This document shows, one piece after another, positions 54,408 through 64,000 of a DNA stretch of 64,000 bases (position 1 is its first letter; every line of letters begins with the position of its first letter). The stretch lies in the NCBI GenBank assembly GCA_963924565.1, contig OZ004608.1:16554001-16618000 (forward strand). Direction: 5' to 3'. A model generated the notes under the pieces. It ran no database searches and was not told the origin of the DNA. It saw nothing but the letters and a program-made list of their open reading frames with translations. The translations under genes were made by a program, and so were the position numbers. The DNA comes from Ascidiella aspersa (lineage: Eukaryota).

Positions 54408-54884
54408 ATCCTCAACCACTTCTTTAAAATCAGAAAAAAAATATATATTCAATTCGAAAATATTCAATTCGACGGGGTGTTTGCCCAAATAGTCGTTGAG
54501 AAATGAAATAACCAATCTGCAATAACGTGAACGTCATGCCTGTGGTAGACTTTTGTTTGAAACCTTTATGTGTTCGTTTGATATGTAAACGCTATGGCCC
54601 CTCTCCCACGTTTGTACGAGTAGCAACTATAACGTATTAAAACGACTTTAATTATCGGTTATTACTACAAAAGTAGGTTGCTTGGTGTTCAATCAGCTTT
54701 TTTGTGGTTAATGTGTGTTTAGTGACCATGGGTGTTTCGTCATGTCATTATCATTAGATCTGTAACAAATTAAACAATATGAACTTAAAGGTTCTTTTGT
54801 GCTAAAGAGAAGAGTGTGTGACCTTAAAAGTATATTAGACCATTAAATAGGTTTGGGTTGTGCGCTATTGCTTATACGATAGCT

Positions 54885-55067
54885 CAGTGCTTTTCAACCT
54901 TTTTGCTGGAGTGGAACCCTATGAAAACATTTCACTGGCTCAATATTCCAGTGCAAATAATTCCACTGGCTCGAGGAACCCCAGTGTAATGAACACACCT
55001 CAAATTAGCTACACAAAATTGCGGCACCCCTGGCCTGTACTAGCGGAACCCTGGTTGAAAACCACTG
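54885..55067 (+). mobile_element. Short hAT MITE
   Basis: Ends CAGTGCTTTTCAACC/GGTTGAAAACCACTG; degenerate TSD CGATAGCT/CGATTGCC. Confidence 0.65.
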
Positions 55068-55316
55068 CGATTGCCAGACCTAAACCCACTTTGGTGGGGA
55101 CTGGTATTGCCATATGCATTCCTGACTCAGAGGGTATTCTGATAGCCTAGCCTAGTGCAATCTAGCAAACACTGTTCTAAATATGTTCACCAGGCCTGCA
55201 CAACTCGAAATAGTACAACCGCCGCATCATGAAAAACTTCTCTTCGCGGGCCGCATATTAACTTAAATGCAATAGTTTTAATGTGAAGCAAGCGTAGTTT
55301 AATTGCAAGTCTCATT

Positions 55317-58300
55317 AAACTAATTTGCCTCGACCAATCAACCACACTATTGCTTCAATAAGTATTGTTGTAGTCTGATTACAAATCCACACATTTTTTT
55401 TTTTGCTATTATGGGCAAGCCGGCAAATGCCGGCAAGCACAAGCCCTCACTGTATTGACTAGACAAGACTGGTTATATATTGATATAAGTTTCGCCTATA
55501 CAAGTTGAAAGTTTGCATGAAAGAGAGAAGGCGACACGAGAAAGCGGAAATGATTTATAACCCGAAGCCTTTTTGGCTGCCGGGAACTGCAACAATAACG
55601 CGTTTACACAGGTGAAATACTTTTATCTATAACGGAAATATGTGTCACGATATAACATTATTCCTGTGTGAAACAGCCGAATGCTTTGTTCTCAGTGTGA
55701 CAGCGAGTGTTTGGTAAAAGGCGTGAAAAAGTGACAAATCATAAATCGTAACATATTTGATAAATAAACAATACAATAAATTCCAAATTATCCACTAATT
55801 ATTACTTATGACGCTACAGACACTCCAGCACAAAAGGAATTGCCGTCGTGAATGTAACACGGCGGCTGCTTTTCGCAATATACCCGAAAGGTTTCTATTT
55901 TTTGACACAATTGACTTTTGTTAAAAAGTGCTCCACACGATTTGAGCGAAACGAACATGAACAAGGCAATGAGTCACGAGTTGTAGCTTTTAGCAACACG
56001 TTCAACAACAAGATGTTTTCTTCTGTCGATAAGTCAACGAACGACAGGCGTTTTAGGTTATATTTTGAATAACGCACAAATTTGTTATTGCAATTCATAA
56101 TTACTCACGTTACACATATCTTGCGATTCAATACAATAACACATATATTTTATAGCGATTACACATTAACTCAATCTCCGTTATATGCGATTAATAGGCG
56201 ATAAATGCAACGATTTTTAGGTTACAATCATTCACACAAGTGAAACATTTGTAATTAGTGCTCGTGCAACGTGTATTTTCATTGAAATTGGCTTCACAAT
56301 TTAATTTCTGCGCGGCAACACTACGATTTGTTGGTTTCTGAAGTAAGGAAAAGCGTTGGTGGAGGTAAGTCTCCAGCCATTTTGTAATTGCGGCCGGAAA
56401 CAGGCCTAGGCGGATAAGAGTAATTTTCTTATCATGGAAATGGTAGAATTAACCACCAATAGTAGTAATAGGTTATTAGGGTCAACGTAGCAAGAACATT
56501 ACGCTAGCAATGGGGCCCGTGACCAGCAAGCAATTTGTAACGTGAAATACATTGGGCACTGGTGAAAGTTAGTTTACATCGTTGATGCTGTACCATGTTT
56601 TCTTTTGAAAAGATAAGTAAAATTTATCTTGAAACGTGGAATTTTGCTTTACGTTTCTAGGTGTGGGATTTTAGTACTAGCGTCGAAAAGCACTGTTTTA
56701 CTGAAACACCGCTAATGGAGTTAGCCGGATTCGCGACTTTCGGCCTTTACCAAAAGAGATTGAGTTGGCAATTAAGCCTTGTAAGCCAGGCACGCCTTGG
56801 CGTAAGATTACAGGTGAACAAGCTATTTTTTAGATAGGGTTCAGGAGTCCTTACGGTACTTTTGTATCCTTGTTAATTAGAAAGTTCCTGCACTTACTTG
56901 CGCAGATTGGTTCATGAAATAAAGTAATACAATGCAGACGTTGCAGTATACACTGGAGAATAGTCAATTTGACTGGCTTGCGTTTTAAAAGTATTTGCGA
57001 ATCCGTTTCTAGAAACGCTGTTTGTTTAAGTGAGGGAATGCGGTTAGAACACAATCCTAGAGCGCCTTAAGGAAATCGCTTGATTTCCGCTTTTTTTTTT
57101 AATTTTTAATTAGTGTTGCATTCGGGGAGCACTAAAGTAAGCGATGCATTGAAATTCATTACATAAAATATTTAAGACATTACAAACGTGATTAGGGTTT
57201 ATTCCTAAAGTCGCGTTTAAAGACTTCCACGAATTGAATCATATAGTTTGCGAGTGAATGAATTACTATGCTTTTAAGTACTTGCGACTCGCGTGCAGAG
57301 TAGCCTATACAATTTAGAGTTTCCTGAACTGAAACTCAAACGCGTGAATTGTTTAAAACAATTTGGACACTATACAAAATTAAGTCTCTTTGATATATGC
57401 ATGATTTGCAAATTTCGACACATTTAAATGGTTTAAGAAAAAGTCGCATAAAAACAATTTACAGACCTTTCAGTCGATATTTTTACTTATTATATATATA
57501 TAATTTTATTTTCATTTTAAAATATAATAGATTTTTCACCTGATGAACTAGGCAGAATCAGTTATTGTGAAATCCAGGATTCCAAGCGGTGGTGATGTCT
57601 TTATCGGCAACGCTTTATATTTTGTGTTCCGTATTCCAAGCAAATGCTTTGCTGACGAGATGGAGCGTCTTTCGACGTATCTTTCGACGAAATCAATTCT
57701 TCCAAGCTAGCTTCTTGCAGGTTTCAAACATAATAGTTTTTAGGCGGTCGTTTGTAGGTGGTCCGTACAGATTAAGGCACATCTTTTCTTCAGCTTCGTT
57801 CGTCACTTTTCTTGGCCATAAGAAATAGAGTTCTTTTTTTCCGCACTCACGTGGCAACAATTTGAAGCAGTGTGTTGATTACAAGTCTCTCTAAACTAAT
57901 TTGCCTCGACCAATCAACCACACTATTGCTTCAATAAGTATTGTTGTAGTCTGATTACAAATCCACACAGTTTTTGTTTGCTATTATGGGCAAGCCGGCA
58001 AATGCCGGCAAGCACAAGCCCTCACTGTATTGACTAGACAAGACTGGGTATATATTGATATAAGTTTCGCCTATACAAGTTGAAAGTTTGCATGAAAGAG
58101 AGAAGGCGACACGAGAAAGCGGAAATGATTTATAACCCGAAGCCTTTTTGGCTGCCGGGAACTGCATCAATAACGCGTTCACACAGGTGAAATACTTTTA
58201 TCTATAACGGAAATATGTGTCACGATATAACATTATTCATGTGGGAAACAGCCGAATGCTTTGTTCTCAGTGTGACAGCGAGTGTTTGGTAAAAGGCGTG

Positions 58301-58384
58301 AAAAAGTGACAAATCATAAATCGTAACATATTTGATAAATACACAATACAATAAATTCCAAATTATCCACTAATTATTACTTAT
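55317..58384 (+). repeat. ~490-bp near-identical direct repeat (55317-55809 and 57893-58384)
   Basis: Both copies run from AAACTAATTTGCCTCGACC to CCACTAATTATTACTTAT. The first lies just inside a hAT-like end (CAGGCCTGCACAAC, 55191). Confidence 0.85.
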
Positions 58385-59760
58385 AATGATTTTATATTCA
58401 AGAGACATAAAAAACGTTGGCAAAAGATTTTACTATAGAGTGCCACCATACACACGGAACTGGTCTTTAATCTACAAACATTTGAGCTAACTAATAGGTA
58501 GCTACTATATAGGCAGCGTAAGTGTTGCCGTTACGTAGTTCAAATCAGAGAGTCGAACCGAACCTGAACGGGAACTGGTTTTAGGCCACTTTTTCTCGAA
58601 CCATAACCGAACCTGAACAGTTTCTTGTACGATTTTATGGGCCGAACTGGGACTGACCTAGATATATGTAAAGAACCTGAACCTAAACCGAACCCGAACC
58701 TGTCAAAAAAGCGATTCACTCCAACATGACGTCATAACTTGTATTTCACAGGGTCAAGTTATGCCATGTTTGTTTTTTTTTATGAAAAAATGAATATTTT
58801 AATTTTGCTAATATTTTATATCGTTATGGAGCCTTAATAGCTTTGTGCATATGATTTCACAATATTTGTTTGTTTTTAAAAATAACTCACTTTAAAGAAA
58901 ATCCTAGTACGGTACACAAGTTCAGACGACCGAAATAACGTCCGCCACTTTTAGAACGATCCTTACAAATAAATTGTAACCTTATGGAATAATGCTGAGA
59001 AAAGTATATTTGTAACAATCGTGATAATAAATCACAGCTTACATTTATCTGCGAGCCACAGATGCCGATTGCCGACAATAAACAAGCCACAAGATCACCC
59101 CTGCTATAGGCCTGCAACACATACACATAGATAGCCAAGTTTAAAAAAAGTGTGAAACGAACTACGCATATCGCGTTGTTGATAATACAATACATAAATA
59201 AGTCTGCACTTATTTGTTTGCGGGGATGTACGTTAGGCAGGCCTGATGCCAGGTTGGATAGTAAGGCCTGCGCAAAAATTGCGTCGCGCTAACGGTTTTC
59301 AGTATAGTAGCCTACTCCATTTTCAGCCGTGCAGTTTCAAGCTGCAAAATCGTCTCCCCCGCGCAAAATCCAGAGTTTCCAATCTGGGCCTGATGTACAC
59401 AAAAAACACATGGTACGCGGTGACAAAATAAACGCCACGAAACATAAGTTTTTTTAAATTAAGTCACTTTGTTTCTACGTGAAGAGCTAATCATAATTAA
59501 AAAAACATTCGTTAAACTTTTCTTTTAAACATCTGTGTTCTATTATTTTGCTCGCGGAATTTTCAGCGTCATTTTAAAAGATTGCGTTTTGTGCTAGGAA
59601 CACTTGCTGTGGTATGCTTCATAAGTAATTTTGATAACTTCAAAAGATTCCCGCGAAATACCAACATGGGCCGTAACTTTCATAATTTAAAATTTGTAAT
59701 CGTTCAATGCTAAGTTAATACGTAAAGCCGTGCGATACATCAGTGTAACAGAAAAGCACC

Positions 59761-60108
59761 ATGCAGAATCTTATGAATACAGAAGATTTATCTGCGATCG
59801 TCAAAGAACAAAAGGCCATGCTTCAAAGTTTGGAGAAAAGTAACCAAATGCTAATAAACTGCAACCGAATTGCTGAGAAGCAGCAAGAAATTTGCCTAAA
59901 TGCCATTGGTCACCATACCGCAGTTTTAAGTCATATGAAAAACGATTTAAATTCCATTTTTATGAGGATAAGAAATCTTAAGACCAAACTGCAGGAAAAA
60001 AGTCCAGAGTCGTGGTTGGTTATTGATGAACCTGAAGTCGAAATATCAGCAACTGAAAGTCACCAAAAAGTAGAGACTCTTGTTGGTGTTGATGCTGAGA
60101 AAGAGTAA
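59761..60108 (+). CDS. KXD1: KxDL motif-containing protein 1 (BORC subunit)
   Basis: MNTEDLSAI...QKAML..LEKSNQMLINCN...HHT..L..MKNDLNSIF.RIR.LK.KL...PE matches the KxDL domain. Confidence 0.9.
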   Translation: MQNLMNTEDLSAIVKEQKAMLQSLEKSNQMLINCNRIAEKQQEICLNAIGHHTAVLSHMKNDLNSIFMRIRNLKTKLQEKSPESWLVIDEPEVEISATESHQKVETLVGVDAEKE

Positions 60109-60843
60109 CATTTCGTGTGTAGAACATTTTTAATTGCATTGTGCCAGAGTAGGCTGTATTACGTGGCAGGCCACTGTGAAAATTAAGTGCACCTGCAAGT
60201 TTTTTTTTCAAGCTTTCAAAAGTGCTCCCCGAAAAAATTAAATGTGGTAGGATTCTTTACCAACACCGCCTAATCTTACTTGGCATTATTACCTGCTATC
60301 TTAATTAATCAGCAAAGTTCACTATTTATCATTATATATTTTTATTTCTATGTATATAGTAATGTATACCAATTTATTTTTCTTTTTTAAAACATTCTAA
60401 AAACTGTGGATTTACGAAAGTGTTTTGCCGGTCATTAACAATTTTTCAAAAAATTGTATTTATCTTGTTTTCTGCCGAGTCAATGCAGTTGCTTACGATC
60501 CTGGTAAAATAACCCTAAAACCAACCTTATTAAATTCCTAACTTCTCACAAGATAAGTGTTTGCTTTTTCTGTTTGCTTTGTTTTGCTTTTATACAAAAC
60601 AAACTTTAAAAAATAATTTTATTTTATTTTCTAAAAATGTGATTTAATTATATTGACAACAGAAAAATAAGTAATTAAACAACTTTCTCAGAACCAATAG
60701 TTTAACAGCTATTTTGTGATGTGATTCTTATATAAATCTTGTATGACAAATAGTTTGTGCTTACTTTTGTTTCAGTGTAATTTTTGTTAACCATATATTT
60801 TTTCGCTTTCTAGATGTCTATAAATATTTAAAAGTCAATTAGT

Positions 60844-63800
60844 ATGTCTAAAACAATAACGGAATTGTGTGACAAACATCATATTAAATTTGAAATAATT
60901 TCAGCAATCAAAAAATGTAAAACGTATGGATTATTTGAAACAACAAAATGGTGGGTACATTTTACTTTCGTTGGTTGTGTTTTAGTCAACTCTTAAATTC
61001 TTTATTTTAGGCTTTCTGAACTGTCCTTCTCTCTTGACTGTCCACCACTAAAGCCTACATCGGACTATGCCCAAAAACACTATGGCAAAGTGGATTACTT
61101 TTCAGAGGAACAAAAGTAAATTAGTTTGCTTTAATTTGTAAATGATCTCTTGATTACTTGAATTGTAATGGGGACCAACCCCTGACTAAAAAATATTTTG
61201 TTGAGCTAAATAAAACATCTGCATGTAAATAATACCAATTTTGTTAAGATATATTTTTATAGTACACAAACTTATTTGCAGTAAATATTATCACAACGAA
61301 ATGCAAGGCGCAGCAACATAAATTGAAATTATAGTTTATTTTAAAATTGGTAGAAAATTGCTCGCATACCATTTAAAACAGCTTTTGTGTACCACAAGTT
61401 ATATGCAAACCACAGGTTGTGAACCATTGCTATATTTGATGTATGTTCATTTTACACAAAATATTTATTTTTGCTTTTGGCTGCAGCCCGGAAAATCACA
61501 GGATAGTTGACCGTTATCTACTTGCCAAATCTTATTTTGATGTTGAAGAATATGACAGAGCAGCTCATGTGGTAAGAGATTGCAAAAGTGGACCATCTTT
61601 CTTTATTCATGTCTACTCCCGCTACCTATCAGCTATCAAAAAACATCAACTTGACCACATTTACAGTCATGGTAAGTTTTTTTAAATAATCCTAAAAATT
61701 ATCAAAAAACACATTCATACACAGATATGTGTATAACTGTTACAAACTGTACTCTACCCCTGAAGTTCCACCTACTAATAACACAAACAGTCAGGCACAC
61801 ATGTCATACTATACCGTAACTGTTTAGAGGTTTATCCGCAAATCTATCAAAAGATTTGTTTGCAAGCAAGGTTAGTCTAGGGAAATCTAGGCTGTCATGA
61901 GGTTTGAACTCCCAACCTTAGTCAAACGGGTAATATTACTTGTTCCATTGAGCTATGCTGGCTCATAGGAGAGCAAGCAAAGTGAGAAAACCACTTACAT
62001 CATGTTTGGATGTACAGATTAATTTTAAGAGGTTCAGAACAATACTTTTGAAACATAAATACACATTTGTGTACAACTTTGATCCAACCGTTTTTAATTC
62101 TTATTGACAAACAATACCGGTGTACATATTGTATGACAAACAGGGTTTACATAAGGTCATAAGTTTAAAATTTACCGCTGGCAAGGGTTTTCTAGCTTTG
62201 CATTATTTGTAAAGAATCCATGATAGATACACTGCTTTGAGTTAGCCACATTCAAGTATGGTAATTTATGGTTTTGCTGAGTTTTTTAAAAAACATGCCT
62301 GGTTAGATTTAAAAACTATTTAATTCTCACTTTTTTTTCTTGTTAATTCGCACTTTTGGTAATCACATAGGCACTGTAGATCGAGCTTTGGGAAAAAATG
62401 ACCAACTGCGAGCTTTACGGGCAGAGCTTAGCCAGAAGCAAAAAAACGGCAATCTTGAGGCGTTTTCTCTCTACCTGTATGGTATCATTTTAAAGAAAAC
62501 TTCAGAAATGTCTACAGTGGTGCAAAAAAATGAAGCAATTAATATTCTTTCACAATCCATTCAGCAGTTTCCAATGAACTGGGGAGCTTGGAAAGAACTT
62601 TCTTCTCTTATAACTGATCAACAAAATGTAAGAAACAATTTTTTTCTGCTGCATTTACCTTTTATAGTACTTGTAATCACAATAGTGTTTTTGGTGTCTG
62701 CTATTGTTGTTGTGTGCTGGTGATAAATGAGAATTAGATACAAATACCATAAATATTTTTTATTATTCACCTTTTTTATTAAGCTATCATCACTAGATCT
62801 TCCGAAGCATTGGATGAAAGATTTCTTTCTAGCTCAGACTCATGTTGATTTGGTAAATGCAGAGGATGCCTTGAACATGTATGATTCACTTAAAAAGGCT
62901 GGTTTTTTAGACAGTTGCCACATTAAAACCCAAGAAGCAAATTGCCAGCACAATAGAAGGGGTATGCAAGAAAGTTATTATAAAGAGTACTGTTATTGGT
63001 CTTTTTTATGGATTTAATACTAGGCATAAAACATAAGCTAGGTAAATTTCTAAAATATTTTGTTCTTGTTTCTCAAAATTGACGATAACAAAAGAGTGTA
63101 CTTGTTGTATCTATTATGTGATCCATTTTCTTTTTAATAGTGTGACCTTATTACAATCTACAAGTCTCCACTGTGATTATAGGTCAGGGATTCTTAACCT
63201 TTTATGACTTACGGCACCCCTCAAAATCAAGAAGCTTACCAATTGAGCAAAAATCAGATTCTTAAAAATTCTCGGCCCTACCTTGAGTATTAGAAATGGC
63301 ACACCAGGGCGCCGCGGCACCCCGGTTGAGAACCACTGATATAGGTGGTAAATTTGCTGTTTAGTTTTGTCAACAATGTTGCTTTACAGTGTTTGATGAT
63401 GCAATAGCATTGCTAGAGGAGGTCCGTGAAAAAGACCCTTACAGGTTGGATGACATGGATATTCTCTCCAATATGTATTATGTCAAGGCACGCCGTTCAG
63501 ACCTGGCCCATCTTGCTCATCACTGCACCCAAGTGGACAAGTACAGAGTGGAAACCTGCTGCATTGTAGGTGCGAATCATTCTGTTTTTCAACTAGGGAT
63601 CTACTGATATTATCTTTTGGAAATGATACTGATAGGCAATGTTCTAGTTTGCTAACTAATATCACATTCTATGTATATCGATTTATTTATAAACCTGACA
63701 TATGCTGATAACTTTCATAATTTGAACATCTAATAGAAATAACATTCAGTTTATTTTCTTGCATGAAGTTGCGTTAAAAAATACTCTTATGATCCTCCAG

Positions 63801-63954
63801 GAAATTATTACAGCATAAGGGCAAACCATGAGAAGGCGGTCCTCTACTTTCAGCGAGCTCTTAAGCTCAATCCTAACTACCTAAGTGCTTGGACACTGAT
63901 GGGACACGAGTATACCGAGATCAAGAACACTTCTGCTGCCATACAAGCCTATCG
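60844..63954 (+). CDS. CDC23: APC/C subunit CDC23/APC8, 5' part; exons 60844-60950, 61011-61115, 61487-61671, 62371-62627, 62784-62961, 63390-63569, 63801-63954; continues beyond the window
   Basis: [71 protein letters not shown]...[28 protein letters not shown]. Confidence 0.96.
61891..61963 (-). pseudogene. Degenerate tRNA-derived repeat in a CDC23 intron
   Basis: The minus strand reads GCCAGCATAGCTCAATGG (A box)...GGGAGTTCAAACCTC (B box)...ACAGC. Confidence 0.45.
63185..63338 (+). mobile_element. Short hAT MITE in a CDC23 intron
   Basis: Ends CAGGGATTCTTAACC/GGTTGAGAACCACTG; TSD TTATAGGT/ATATAGGT. Confidence 0.7.
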
Positions 63955-64000
63955 GTAAAAGATATGCGCGTTAACTGCATGTAGTTCGATGTTATATCGT

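Overview
AT-rich, intron-containing animal genomic DNA. An ascidian (tunicate) source is inferred from the gene families, not proven. Host genes in order: the last two coding exons of an IP3 receptor (ITPR, +); four related orphan 7TM receptor genes lacking DRY/NPxxY (one two-exon gene on -, three intronless on +, two of them ~94% identical paralogs from a segmental duplication that also copied the METTL4 3' end); intronless METTL4 (-); an 11-exon X-family DNA polymerase with mixed Pol mu/TdT residues (+); a 9-exon secreted LU(three-finger)-Sushi-vWA protein with a degenerate MIDAS (+); KXD1 (+); and the 5' part of CDC23 (+). The 10-43 kb region is packed with nested mobile DNA. It holds a young Gypsy LTR element with identical 308-bp LTRs, no tRNA primer-binding site and an apparent Tf1-like self-priming fold-back. 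It also holds Penelope-like fragments with minimal hammerhead ribozymes, many hAT MITEs with 8-bp TSDs (one now enclosing duplicated flanking DNA with a METTL4 fragment), a foldback element built of ~216-bp repeats, a Chapaev-like relic and tRNA-derived repeats. Exon boundaries were read by eye from GT/AG sites and reading-frame phase; protein family calls rest on recalled motifs, not database searches.
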